64,000 nucleotides of DNA from Nitrospira sp. (lineage in GTDB: Bacteria; Nitrospirota; Nitrospiria; Nitrospirales; Nitrospiraceae), in NCBI GenBank assembly GCA_047150005.1, contig AP038806.1, forward strand, positions 2,464,001-2,528,000, read 5' to 3'. Below, in pieces: positions 39,444-50,681 of the stretch. Position 1 is the first letter of the stretch; every line of letters begins with the position of its first letter. Both the position numbers and the translations under genes were made by a program. The notes beneath the pieces are model-generated. The model was not told where the DNA came from, did no database searches, and saw only the letters and a list, made by a program, of their open reading frames with translations.

Positions 39444-40084
39444 GGTTGGTTCGCCTTCCGCCATTCTTCCTCGGTAATGACCCCCTTTTTGAGCAACAGC
39501 TGGATGAGTTTCTCGGTCTGCCGCTCCTGGGCTTGGTTGCGGGGAGAACTGGGCTGTGCTTGGGTCTGCTGTTTGGGCTCGGGCGGGGGCCGTCGCATTC
39601 CGTAGACCTTGAATGACGGTGTGAAGACGATCATGTAGTCCTTGTTGCGGAGCCGGACACTGGCGGGGAGACTTTGGCTGTAGGGGATGAGATCGGGATT
39701 CGCGCCGGATGGAATTCGGAAGTAGGGTCTCCCGTCCGATGTCTCTCCCTCCTGTCCCAACACTTCCATGCGGCTCAAAATCGGATCGCTGTTCAGGTTC
39801 TCTCGTTCCTCGCCGCCGAGGTTGGTCACCTTGTCGAGCACGATGAACAGGGAATCTCCCACGAAGGTTTCGGAGGACAGGTTCTTGGCGCTGACGTCAT
39901 ACCGGTACTCGCTGTTGAAATTGTCTCGCCCTTTGAGGGTAACGACGGCGGAGACCTTGCCGGTCAGGTCGCTGAGCTGGTCGATCGAAGAGGCGACGGC
40001 CACGGAGAAAGCGATGACGACCGTTACCATGGCTGTCCCGCAGCAACCGGCGATCAGTTCGAGACGTCGAGGCGTCCGTGACAT
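39440..40084 (-). CDS. Hypothetical exported protein
   Basis: N-terminal hydrophobic segment; C-terminal LIQLLLKKGVITEEEW SHOCT-like motif. Confidence 0.7.
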   Translation of the reverse strand: MSRTPRRLELIAGCCGTAMVTVVIAFSVAVASSIDQLSDLTGKVSAVVTLKGRDNFNSEYRYDVSAKNLSSETFVGDSLFIVLDKVTNLGGEERENLNSDPILSRMEVLGQEGETSDGRPYFRIPSGANPDLIPYSQSLPASVRLRNKDYMIVFTPSFKVYGMRRPPPEPKQQTQAQPSSPRNQAQERQTEKLIQLLLKKGVITEEEWRKANQP

Positions 40085-40259
40085 GGCTTCCTCTGCCGAG
40101 ACAACAGCTGTCTGCCGACGAGTGGAACGGGTCAGAGCATAGCAAAGATCCGGGGATTCAGCGAGACTCTTCTCGACGGACTCGTCTTGACACCTCGTTT
40201 CAGCCGACGATATCCTCCGTGCATCCGAGGCAGGATTCCGGCGGCCGTCGCTCCTCTCT

Positions 40260-41129
40260 ATGAGACCACCCAGGATTAGGTCGGCTCCGTTGGTCGTTCC
40301 GCAGGCGCTGGTTTCCCGACTGCTTCGGCTCTACGACTATCCGCATCCCCACCAGAAAGGTAAGACCATCCGAGGCTACGATCGCCCGCATGCGGTGCGG
40401 ACGGCCAAGATGTGCGCGGCTGTCGCCACAGAGCTGGGTCACGACCCCGAGCGCGTGCGCCAATACCAGATCGCCTGTCTGTTGCACGACTTGGGCCGAG
40501 CCGGCTTGGATCGCCGACTCTTCGGGAAGATTTGGTCTTGGGCCAAGGCGCATGGGATCCCCACGAGACCGCGCGAATGGCGGACCATACATCCGGAGAC
40601 CGTCTATGGACGCGAGACCGAAGCCTTTCTCTCCCGCTATCGTCAGGAGTTGGAAGCAGACGGGATCGACATGACGCCTTGGGCGGTGGAACAGGTCGAG
40701 ATGCGACTGGGCTATGCCCGCCGCCTGGCCCGCCGGCTGCGCACCGTCCGTTCGGCCATCAAGCGGCTGGGCATTCGATGGGAGCCCTGGATGCAGGCGG
40801 TGATGCTCTACTATTATTATCCGGAAAAGCTCGCCGGGGCCAAACCGTGGGTCAGACAACTGGCGGAAGTGCTGGTGGCCTGCGAACAGTTCGAAGCGTA
40901 CAGCAACCAGCGGCGGGGCCGGGACTATTATGTGCGACGGAAGGAAACGATTCCCGAAGCGTTTGCCTATCTTGCCGCGTTGCAGCGGGAAGGGATTCTG
41001 AGTTCCGACGTTACGCGCACGCTCAAGCGCCTGGCCGCGGGCGGGGTATTCGACGAAGTTCTGGCGGAGGCGCGTGGACGTCGACTGACTCCGACGGATC
41101 GCAAGGCGCTCCGCGGGATGAAGAGGTGA
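40260..41129 (+). CDS. HD-domain protein
   Basis: HAVRTA...LLHDLG motif. Confidence 0.7.
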   Translation: MRPPRIRSAPLVVPQALVSRLLRLYDYPHPHQKGKTIRGYDRPHAVRTAKMCAAVATELGHDPERVRQYQIACLLHDLGRAGLDRRLFGKIWSWAKAHGIPTRPREWRTIHPETVYGRETEAFLSRYRQELEADGIDMTPWAVEQVEMRLGYARRLARRLRTVRSAIKRLGIRWEPWMQAVMLYYYYPEKLAGAKPWVRQLAEVLVACEQFEAYSNQRRGRDYYVRRKETIPEAFAYLAALQREGILSSDVTRTLKRLAAGGVFDEVLAEARGRRLTPTDRKALRGMKR

Positions 41130-41131
41130 GC

Positions 41132-41554
41132 ATGGCCGTCAAGACCGTCCCCGTGCGTCTGGCGATGCGCGGCGGCACGCAGATCGAAAACGTGACCAAG
41201 TTGGTGCAGGAGGCGCTGTCCGAGTCAAAGCTGGCGGCCGGCATCGCGACGATGTTCGTCCGGCACACCACTGCGTCGATTATGATCATTGAAGACGAGC
41301 CGGGCATTCGAGCGGACACGCACACGTTCTGGGATCGGGCGGTTCCCGCGGACCCAACCTGGCAGCACAATGTTCGCAACCCCGGAGAAGACAACGGGCA
41401 TAGTCATTTGCGCGGGCAACTGCAGGGACCTTCGATTACCGTTCCCTTTGCCTCCGGCGCATTGTTGCTGGGGACCTGGCAGCAGATCGTCGTGGTCGAT
41501 TTCGATACCAGGGCCCGCACGCGAGAGCTCATCATCCAGATCATGGGGGAATAG
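41132..41554 (+). CDS. yjbQ: YjbQ family protein (secondary thiamine-phosphate synthase)
   Basis: HTTAS, DNGHSHLR and LGTWQQI..DFD motifs. Confidence 0.88.
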   Translation: MAVKTVPVRLAMRGGTQIENVTKLVQEALSESKLAAGIATMFVRHTTASIMIIEDEPGIRADTHTFWDRAVPADPTWQHNVRNPGEDNGHSHLRGQLQGPSITVPFASGALLLGTWQQIVVVDFDTRARTRELIIQIMGE

Positions 41555-41559
41555 TCCCG

Positions 41560-42687
<1,128 letters not shown>

Positions 42688-42751
42688 ATGGCGGCATTGT
42701 CGAACACCTCTATGGTAGGATCAGTGACCCGATCAGCTTGGAGGGACAGGA

Positions 42752-44497
42752 ATGAGTGACCGTCGGTCGCCTGATTCAGATTTTGGACCTTCCAGGAACA
42801 AAATGGATGACTCTGCCGACAAGAAGCAGGCCGGTGTGGATCCTGTGGAACTGATTGAGGAATGTCTCGCGTCGTTTACCGAAGCGGATCCCCGCCAGAA
42901 GCTGCTGTACAAGGTGCGGCATGCGATGATGCTCGCACAGACGGCGAATCAGCAGCGCGAGGCCGAATTCAAGAAAGTCAGCGAAGTGGTGGCGAAGCTG
43001 ACGGCGCCCGCCAACCGGATCGGGACGTTGCTCGACCTACCCGGCGAGGGATTAGCCAGGATCCTCATCGGCGGGGCCGAATACTATGCCAACGTCGATC
43101 CCCGCGTGCCGGCGCAGGATCTCAAGATCGGCACGCAGATTTTGGTGAATGAAGCCTACGCCGTGATCAAGACGCTGGGCTATGATCGGAACGGACCCGT
43201 CTTGAAGTTGGCCGAAGCCATGACCGACGGGCGACTGCGCTTCGAGCAGGAGATGGGCCGGCAAGCCCTGGTATTGCAGCGGTCGAGCGACCTCGTGGGC
43301 ATGGAACTGAAGGCGGGCGACGAGATCAGGATCGATCCCAGCCATCGGATCGCCATCGAGAAGCTCGAGGAGCGCAAGGCCACCCGGCATGTGCTGGATG
43401 AAGTACCGGCCGTGACGTGGGAGCAGATCGGCGGACAGCGCGATGCCATCGCCGCGATCAGGAAGGCGATCGAATACCCTTTGCTGCATACGGAGACCTT
43501 TGAGAAGTTCAAGTTCTCGCAACCCAAAGGATTTCTGCTGTATGGCCCACCCGGTTGCGGCAAGACGTTGATCGGACAGGCTGCGGCCGGGAGTCTGGCC
43601 AAACTGGTCGGGGAATCCAAACAGCAGACTTCAGGAAACGATCGCCGCCCGCCGGTCGTGACCGGGGCCTTCCTCCATGTGAAGGGACCGGAGATTCTGA
43701 ACATGTGGCTCGGAGAGTCGGAGCGGATGGTCCGCGATCTGTTCGCCCAGGCCCGGGCTCGGCGCAAGGAAGGGGCGTTGCCGTTCATTTTCATCGATGA
43801 GGCGGAATCCATCCTGGGTACCAGACGGGCGATGCGATCCTTCAACATCTCCAACACGCTCGTGCCGATGTTCTGCAGCGAGATGGACGGAATCGAGTCG
43901 TTGCAGGACGTGGTCATCATCCTGGCGTCGAACCGACCGGACCTGATCGATCCCGCCGTGCTACGACCCGGTCGCATCGATCGAAAGATCAAGGTTCGCC
44001 GGCCGAATCGGGAGGCGTCGACGGAAATTCTGAGGGTCTATTTGACGGCGGATTTGCCGTTCGATGAGGCGGTGATGAGCGAGCGGGGAGGCGACGCGGC
44101 AGCGGTGTCGGCGTGGCTTGCCCGGGAGGTCATCGACACCCTGTTCAAGCGAACGGATGACAACCGTCTGTTGTCGATCCGGTTGCGCAATGGGCAGCAC
44201 CAGGTGCTCTATCGCAGCGATCTCATCAGCGGGGCGATCCTGGCGTCCATCGTTCAACGAGCCAAGGAGAAGGCGATCGATCGCACGATCCAATCAGGGC
44301 GGTCTGCCGGCATGACGGCCCAGGATCTCTCGGATGCTGCCGCGGAAGAATTTCGCGAAGGCGAGATGCTGCCGCCGGACGATGCCGCCGAAGAATGGCT
44401 CAAGCTCCTCGATCACCACCCGGAGCAGGTTGTGGGGATCTCTTCGTTCCGCCGCGGGCGGCAGACGGAAGAGCGAGCCGTGAATCAAATCATATGA
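42752..44497 (+). CDS. arc: Proteasome-associated AAA ATPase (ARC/Mpa-like)
   Basis: Coiled coil ending LTAPAN, OB domains, GPPGCGKT, KGPEILNMW.GESE, FIDE and DPAVLRPGRID; first gene of the proteasome operon. Confidence 0.9.
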   Translation: MSDRRSPDSDFGPSRNKMDDSADKKQAGVDPVELIEECLASFTEADPRQKLLYKVRHAMMLAQTANQQREAEFKKVSEVVAKLTAPANRIGTLLDLPGEGLARILIGGAEYYANVDPRVPAQDLKIGTQILVNEAYAVIKTLGYDRNGPVLKLAEAMTDGRLRFEQEMGRQALVLQRSSDLVGMELKAGDEIRIDPSHRIAIEKLEERKATRHVLDEVPAVTWEQIGGQRDAIAAIRKAIEYPLLHTETFEKFKFSQPKGFLLYGPPGCGKTLIGQAAAGSLAKLVGESKQQTSGNDRRPPVVTGAFLHVKGPEILNMWLGESERMVRDLFAQARARRKEGALPFIFIDEAESILGTRRAMRSFNISNTLVPMFCSEMDGIESLQDVVIILASNRPDLIDPAVLRPGRIDRKIKVRRPNREASTEILRVYLTADLPFDEAVMSERGGDAAAVSAWLAREVIDTLFKRTDDNRLLSIRLRNGQHQVLYRSDLISGAILASIVQRAKEKAIDRTIQSGRSAGMTAQDLSDAAAEEFREGEMLPPDDAAEEWLKLLDHHPEQVVGISSFRRGRQTEERAVNQII

Positions 44498-44521
44498 CGG
44501 GCAAGACGAAGTGTGACTGAT

Positions 44522-46060
44522 ATGCCTGCAAGCATCCGGCTGTTCGGGATCGAAACCGAATATGGGATCGCCAGGGATGACCTGGAGCAGATGGATCCGG
44601 TAGTCGAATCGATGGAGCTGGTGCGGGCGCACCTCACAGCGTCGTTTGAGCGGCGCTGGGACTATGCCGGAGAAGATCCGCACGAAGATGCCAGAGGATT
44701 TCGCGTCTCGGGATTGCAGCAGGACCGGGAGGAGGACGAATTCGCGAAGGTCGACGCCCATCGGCCGTTTTCGTTTCATGAGATGAAGAGCGACCTCGTG
44801 TTGCCGAACGGGGCGCGCTTCTACAACGATCATACACACCCCGAATATTCGACGCCGGAATGCCGGACCTTGAAGGATCTGGTGGCCCAGGACCGGGCGG
44901 GGGAGCGTGTCGTTCAACGGGCGGCCGATCGCCGGAACCGCAGTCTTGGTGGAGCGCACGTTGAACTCTACAAGAACAACACCGATTTCCACGGACACAG
45001 TTACGGCTGTCACGACAACTATTTGGTGCCCAGGAGCGTGCCTTTTGCCTCGTTGATATCCGGCCTGCTGCCCTTTCTCGTGAGCCGCCAGATCATTGCC
45101 GGGTCGGGAAAAGTGGGCACAGAAGCCCAGGAGTCGGGGTTCGTGTCGGGACCGTACCAGCTGTCGCAGCGCGCGGATTTTATGGAGACGGACCTGAGCG
45201 TCGATACCATGCACAACCGGCCCATCTTGAACACCCGCGACGAGCCGCACGCGGATGCACGGAAATATCGGCGCCTCCATCTGATTTTGGGCGACGCCAA
45301 CATGTGCGAGTATGCGACGGCGCTCAAGGTCGGCACGACGAGCCTGGTTTTGGAGTTGATCGCCCGCGACGAGGCGCCGGCTCTCGAATTGGAGTCTCCG
45401 GTCTCGGCGATCAAGCAGATCTCGCGGGATGCGGATCTCAAGGCGAGAGTGCGTCGGCGAAACGGCGCAGCACTTTCGGGACTGGACATTCAGGAGCAGT
45501 ATCTGGCTGCAGCCCGGCGGACGCTGTCAGGATCCGATCCGGAGACGGACTGGATCTTGGCGGAGTGGGAGAAGGTCTTGTGTCAACTGACCGGCGAGCG
45601 AACTCAGCTGGTGGGGAAGCTGGACTGGGTGACCAAGCAATGGCTGTTGGAAACGTTTATTCGCGAAGAGCGGATCGGCTGGGATGATCCCTGGCTCGCG
45701 AGTTTGGATTTGGAATACCACAACGTCAATCCTGAGCGCGGACTCTTTTTGGGTCTTGAAGCGGAAGGCAAGGCGTGGCGGTTGACGACCGACAAGGACA
45801 TCGAGCAGGCACTCTCGTCCGGACCGCGCGATACCAGGGGTGGATTGCGAGGTCTCTGTGTCCGCCGGTTTCCCGACCAGATCAAGGGCATGCAGTGGGA
45901 ACGGATTCAGTTCGCCGGCGGGTTTCGGTCGAAGGTGCTGGACATGAGTGATTTGTTCGATCCGAAGGCCGTCTTGCGCTGCACGGAAGTATTCGAGTCG
46001 GCCTCTTCGCCGGCCGAAGCGCTCGATGTCTGGAAGGCAAGAAAGGATGCTGAACCATGA
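44522..46060 (+). CDS. dop: Dop-like deamidase/depupylase (PafA2 family)
   Basis: GIETEYG, RWDY Dop-loop, NGARFYNDHTHPEYSTPEC, KNNTD..SYGCHDNY and RPILNTRDEPH. Confidence 0.85.
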   Translation: MPASIRLFGIETEYGIARDDLEQMDPVVESMELVRAHLTASFERRWDYAGEDPHEDARGFRVSGLQQDREEDEFAKVDAHRPFSFHEMKSDLVLPNGARFYNDHTHPEYSTPECRTLKDLVAQDRAGERVVQRAADRRNRSLGGAHVELYKNNTDFHGHSYGCHDNYLVPRSVPFASLISGLLPFLVSRQIIAGSGKVGTEAQESGFVSGPYQLSQRADFMETDLSVDTMHNRPILNTRDEPHADARKYRRLHLILGDANMCEYATALKVGTTSLVLELIARDEAPALELESPVSAIKQISRDADLKARVRRRNGAALSGLDIQEQYLAAARRTLSGSDPETDWILAEWEKVLCQLTGERTQLVGKLDWVTKQWLLETFIREERIGWDDPWLASLDLEYHNVNPERGLFLGLEAEGKAWRLTTDKDIEQALSSGPRDTRGGLRGLCVRRFPDQIKGMQWERIQFAGGFRSKVLDMSDLFDPKAVLRCTEVFESASSPAEALDVWKARKDAEP

Positions 46061-46251
46061 GCAGCTCTATGATGCCCGAACGCCGCGAAGGGCCGGTGGA
46101 TCCGATGCCGAAGGGGCCCGATCCATCCCATGAGGAACGAGGCCCACGTCGTCCCGATACCGGTTCACCGGAGACGGACAATTTGATGAAGCGCATGCGC
46201 AAAGTCGATCCGAAACAAGCGGAACGGTATCGGCAGAGAACGGGGCAATAG
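46057..46251 (+). CDS. ubact: Ubiquitin-like protein UBact
   Basis: 64-aa disordered protein ending LMKRMRKVDPKQAERYRQRTGQ, located between dop and prcB. Confidence 0.9.
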   Translation: MSSSMMPERREGPVDPMPKGPDPSHEERGPRRPDTGSPETDNLMKRMRKVDPKQAERYRQRTGQ

Positions 46252-46257
46252 TGAAGC

Positions 46258-46347
46258 AGTGCTGAGTCCTAAGTGCTGAGCACGCAGCCAATATACGAAC
46301 CGGGTTTCGATTCAATACTCAGCACTCAGCACTTGTCACTCAGGACT
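46258..46347. repeat. Inverted pair of heptamer tandem repeats (AGTGCTG / CAGCACT)
   Basis: AGTGCTG AGTCCTA AGTGCTG AG ... ACTCAGC ACTCAGC ACTTGTC ACTCAGG ACT between ubact and prcB. Confidence 0.7.
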
Positions 46348-46357
46348 AGGTGAAAAG

Positions 46358-47131
46358 ATGGGGATGCAGGGAGATTTGTTTCAGCTACTGAAGGAACAGG
46401 GGTATCAATTCGGCCTGCCCGCCGCCGCGGCATCGGACATCGAGATTCCCACGGCCACGACGATTCTGGCCTTCAGATATCGGGACGGCGTCCTGGTCGC
46501 CGGAGACCGCCGCGCCACGGCCGGCAACATGGTGATGTACGATCGGACCGACAAGGTGCTCGAGATCGACCGGCACAGCGTCATGGCGATTGCGGGAGTG
46601 CCGGCCACGGCGTACGAAATGGCCCGAATTCTGGAACACTCGTTTAAGTATTATCGACGGACACAGCTCCAGGAATTGAGCTTCGAAGGAAAGCTGCGGG
46701 CTCTGTCCAAGCTGCTCAAGGAAAACGTGGCGGCGGCGCTTGCCGGCACGGGGGCGGTGGCGCCGATCTTCGCCGGTTATGACACCGAGCAGGGAGTGGC
46801 GAAGACGTACTTCTACGACATCCTGGGGGCGGAATTCGAGGGAGTCGAGTATGCCGTGTCCGGATCTGGTTCACCCACGATACGAGGGATTCTGCACTAT
46901 CTGAACACCTGGGGCGAGCAGCCGTTGAGCGGCATGGGGGAAGAGCAGGCGGCGATTCAAGCCTTACGGCTGTTATCCTGCGCGGCTGAATTCGATTCGG
47001 CGACCGGCGGGGTGAATCGTGAAGCCAATCTCTATCCGGTGGTCAAACTGATCACACGAGACGGAGTCCGCACGGTATCGGATACAGATCTCAAGCAGAC
47101 GTTCGAAGCCGGCGTGAGCCGTCGAGCCTGA
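46358..47131 (+). CDS. prcB: 20S proteasome beta subunit
   Basis: Propeptide then TTILA (Thr1), GDRRAT, DKV (Lys33) and GSGS. Confidence 0.9.
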   Translation: MGMQGDLFQLLKEQGYQFGLPAAAASDIEIPTATTILAFRYRDGVLVAGDRRATAGNMVMYDRTDKVLEIDRHSVMAIAGVPATAYEMARILEHSFKYYRRTQLQELSFEGKLRALSKLLKENVAAALAGTGAVAPIFAGYDTEQGVAKTYFYDILGAEFEGVEYAVSGSGSPTIRGILHYLNTWGEQPLSGMGEEQAAIQALRLLSCAAEFDSATGGVNREANLYPVVKLITRDGVRTVSDTDLKQTFEAGVSRRA

Positions 47132-47267
47132 GCCGGGGAGCCCGGCTTCCGGGCCGAAGCTGGGCCGTGAGGCGGACGATGCCGGAGCGGTCGGCTTCGG
47201 CCGTCCAGAGTAAGAGCGATAAGCTGAAGATTCAGGGTATCCGGGACGCTTGATGAGTGGGAGCCTT

Positions 47268-48065
47268 ATGTACGACGAACCATACCGTTGGGTCGAAGCG
47301 GTCGGCAACCGCCGGCAGTATCTGGACGAACAATTCACACAGGGGAGCCCGGTGATCGCCGTGACGTATGCGGATGGGATTCTGCTTCTCACGGTCAGCA
47401 AGGGCACTCCGAAACTCTACGAGATTTACGATCGTCTGGCGCTGGGAGGCATGGGCCATCCGGCCGATCTCGAAAAGCTGCGCTTCAACCTGTTGGAAAT
47501 GGCTCACGTTGAAGGGTTCAATCGGTCGCCGTCCGATGTCACCGGTGGTCGCATGGTCAAGTACGGGATCGCCCCGGTGATCAAACAGGCGTTCGAAGAA
47601 GTCTTCAAGGCGCCGTTCATCGTGAAGATTCTGTTGGCTGAACTGGGACAGAAAGCCGACAAGGACAGGTTTCTGACCATCAATTATGACGGGACGTTTG
47701 AAGAACGGACGCACGGTGCCGTCTTGGCCGCCAATCGGTCCATCGAAGGATCGATGACGGCCTATCTGCAGGCGCACCCATCCCATGCCGGCACACTCGA
47801 TCAGGCGGTCGGGATTGCGCTGCATGCCTGGGTGTTGGGGGAGCGGTCCCAGCGCCGGACCGCGGAGACGCGATCGGAGCAGGAGCAGGCCGCGCAGGAA
47901 TCGGAGCAGGCGGCGATCGATGCCGAGACGGTGAGAGAGTATGTGCGCGATCATCTTGACGGCCGGACGATCGAATGCGCCGTGCTCGATCGGAACCAGC
48001 GCGGATCGGCAAAATATCGAGCCCCCCTCAAGCCTGCCGAGCTCGGCGAGTGGACTGTGGCGTGA
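47268..48065 (+). CDS. prcA: 20S proteasome alpha subunit
   Basis: GSPVIAV.YADGILL..KLYEIYDRLALGGMG, SPSDVT; position in operon. Confidence 0.85.
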   Translation: MYDEPYRWVEAVGNRRQYLDEQFTQGSPVIAVTYADGILLLTVSKGTPKLYEIYDRLALGGMGHPADLEKLRFNLLEMAHVEGFNRSPSDVTGGRMVKYGIAPVIKQAFEEVFKAPFIVKILLAELGQKADKDRFLTINYDGTFEERTHGAVLAANRSIEGSMTAYLQAHPSHAGTLDQAVGIALHAWVLGERSQRRTAETRSEQEQAAQESEQAAIDAETVREYVRDHLDGRTIECAVLDRNQRGSAKYRAPLKPAELGEWTVA

Positions 48066-48083
48066 TCCTATTCGCGTGAAGTC

Positions 48084-49568
48084 ATGTTGAACCGGATATT
48101 CGGCTTGGAGACCGAGTACGGCCTCCTGGTTCACCAAGACCGTCCGGATCATTCTCCGACCTGGTTCGCACACAAGATTCGCGACCATCTGTTCCATGTC
48201 CGGCGACTGGGTGTTCTGGACGTGCATCATCGCGGGCACGATGAGCCTCCCGGCAACGGTGGGTTTCTCACGAATGCGGGCCGCGTGTATCTGGATATGG
48301 GGCATCTGGAGTATGCCTCGCCGGAATGTCACTCCTTGACGGACGTGGTCGCAGCCGATCGTGCTGGGGATGCGATCCTGCAACAAACGATCGAGGACCT
48401 CGGATTTGCCGATCAGGTGTCGCTCATCAAAAACAACGTCGACCACGAGACGGACGCGACGTTCGGATCTCACGAGAACTATCTGGTCTCCCGGAGGTTT
48501 CCGTTCACGCGGCGCGGCTTGGCTCCGCTCGTGACCTTCCTGGTCACAAGACAGATTTTCACCGGGTCGGGGCGAGTCGGGTCGGCCGGTCCCCAGGATT
48601 CCTGGATTCAGATGGATCGGCTGATCGTTCCGCGCGCGTCGATCGGCTCTGGGCGCCTGGACCCGGCATCACCGTTTCAGATCTCGCAGCGGGCCGATCA
48701 CATCGTCAATGATTTTTTCGAGTGGGTGCAGCAGAATCGGGCCATCGTCAACACGAGGGATGAGCCCCTCGCGGATCCGAATCAGTATCGACGTATCCAC
48801 TTGTTGCTCGGTGACTCCAACATGACGGAATACGCCGCCGCGTTGAAGATGGGAACCACCGGACTGGTCCTGCAGTTGATCGAGGAGGGACATGTCCCAA
48901 GCGACCTTGAGATCAACGAGCCGGTCGAAGCGCTACAGGAGATCTCCCAGGATCAGGATCGGCAATGGATGGTGCAACTGCGGTCCGGGAAGACGATGTC
49001 GGCGATCGACATCCAGGAGAGATTTGTCGAGGCGGCGAGGCAGCATTGCCACGGACAGGACGAGGAGACCGATTGGGTACTCGACGAATGGACCGCGGTG
49101 CTGCAGGACCTCCGCGGCGAGTACGTCAAGCTGGTTGGGCGGGTGGATTGGGCGTCAAAGCTGTGGCTTCTGGAGTCGTTCCGTGAAGCTGAACAGGTCG
49201 ACTGGACGGATCCAATCTTGAAGAGCCTCGACCTTGAGTACCACAACCTGAATCCGGGCAAGGGCCTCTACTTCGGATTGCTGGAGGAAGGACGCGTCCC
49301 TCGCGTGACGACGGACAAGGCGATCGAACTCGCCGCGGCGCATCCGCCGCGAAACACCCGAGCATACGGGCGCGGCGAGCTGGTTCGGCATTTGCTGCGC
49401 AAGGCTCATTCCTCCGACGAGCCGGAGCCCAGGCAAGAGGAGCGATTCTTCCCACCCTACGTGATCAATTGGTCGATTTTCCAAGTCAAGGGTCAGACAC
49501 CCTTCCCTATGCCGGACCCTTTTAAGACCTACGTTCAAGAAGTGCATGCTCATCTAGCCGGATCCTGA
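48084..49568 (+). CDS. pafA: PafA-like ligase (Pup/UBact ligase family)
   Basis: RIFGLETEYG, FLTNAGRVYLD.GHLEYASPEC, GSHENY, ISQRADH, NTRDEP and DLEYH. Confidence 0.85.
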   Translation: MLNRIFGLETEYGLLVHQDRPDHSPTWFAHKIRDHLFHVRRLGVLDVHHRGHDEPPGNGGFLTNAGRVYLDMGHLEYASPECHSLTDVVAADRAGDAILQQTIEDLGFADQVSLIKNNVDHETDATFGSHENYLVSRRFPFTRRGLAPLVTFLVTRQIFTGSGRVGSAGPQDSWIQMDRLIVPRASIGSGRLDPASPFQISQRADHIVNDFFEWVQQNRAIVNTRDEPLADPNQYRRIHLLLGDSNMTEYAAALKMGTTGLVLQLIEEGHVPSDLEINEPVEALQEISQDQDRQWMVQLRSGKTMSAIDIQERFVEAARQHCHGQDEETDWVLDEWTAVLQDLRGEYVKLVGRVDWASKLWLLESFREAEQVDWTDPILKSLDLEYHNLNPGKGLYFGLLEEGRVPRVTTDKAIELAAAHPPRNTRAYGRGELVRHLLRKAHSSDEPEPRQEERFFPPYVINWSIFQVKGQTPFPMPDPFKTYVQEVHAHLAGS

Positions 49569-49589
49569 CCGGTCCGGTGAGCCCGACAT

Positions 49590-50582
49590 TCATGGCGTGC
49601 GGTCGCGCCGTGTCATCAGCTCGATGATCCGATTTTCAGCCCAAAAGCGATCCTCGTCGGCGCGGCGTGGCTGCACGAATCCGCAGTGGCCTCCGTGCTG
49701 AGGTGCGATCAGTCGGATTTTCGGATTCTCTCGGATGGCCGCCATGCCGAACATGTCATAGGGGATGAAGGGGTCGTCCTGAGCCGTGATGATGGCCGTG
49801 GGAACGACGATCGACTTCAATACGTGTCTCGCCCCGGCGCGCTCATAGTAGTCAGCCCCGTTTCGATAGCCACCGTCCCGTGCCGTATAACGGTCGTCGA
49901 ATTCGCGAAGCGTGCGGATGGCGTCCAAGCCGGTAAGATCCCATCGATCCGGAAAGAGAATCGCTTTCCGGCGTATGCGCGCCTTCATGCTTGTGAGGAA
50001 ATGGTTGTGGTAGATCCAGTTTCTGGGATGTTCCAACGCGGCGACGCATTGTGTGGGATCGATGTTGGGGCAGACCGCGACCGCTCCGGCCAACTCCGGT
50101 TGCAATGAAGCGGTTTCACCGGCTGCCTTCAGCACCAGATTGCCCCCCATCGAATAGCCGACCAGCCATATGCCGGTCAGGCCGTCGATGCGAACCAATT
50201 CGTCGATCACCGTTCGATAGTCGCGGCCCAATCCGCTGTTGTACAGCGTGGGAGTCAGATGCTCGGTGCCGCCGCAGCTGCGCTGGTTCAGGCGAATTAC
50301 GTTCATGCCTGCGCGGTACGCTTTGGCGGCTATCCCGTGCATGTAGTGGGATTCGCTGCAGCCTTCGAGGCCATGCACCAGGACCACGGTCCGGTGAGCC
50401 TGTCGATGTTCCTGCCAATGACAGAAGCCCAGGATCCTCGTGTCGTCAGCGACGGTAAAGAGCCGCGATTCGACCGCAATCCCGTGCAAGAGCCGCCCCC
50501 GAGGCCAATACCGAGGGAGCAGCGTCATGAGGTGTGGGTTGCGTAGCAGCGGAGACGGGACGAAATCCGGAAACGGTGTCAC
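49590..50582 (-). CDS. YheT-like alpha/beta hydrolase
   Basis: NPHLMT, HGLEG, GYSMGG, DDPFIP and GGHCGF motifs. Confidence 0.88.
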   Translation of the reverse strand: MTPFPDFVPSPLLRNPHLMTLLPRYWPRGRLLHGIAVESRLFTVADDTRILGFCHWQEHRQAHRTVVLVHGLEGCSESHYMHGIAAKAYRAGMNVIRLNQRSCGGTEHLTPTLYNSGLGRDYRTVIDELVRIDGLTGIWLVGYSMGGNLVLKAAGETASLQPELAGAVAVCPNIDPTQCVAALEHPRNWIYHNHFLTSMKARIRRKAILFPDRWDLTGLDAIRTLREFDDRYTARDGGYRNGADYYERAGARHVLKSIVVPTAIITAQDDPFIPYDMFGMAAIRENPKIRLIAPQHGGHCGFVQPRRADEDRFWAENRIIELMTRRDRTP

Positions 50583-50681
50583 GTCGCCATACTATCAGGA
50601 GGGATCGCCGGTCGGCCACTGCTGGAGGGGTAAACCAGGGACCGACAGGTCCTGAAGCCCGTAGCGTCTCAGGCGTCGTTC

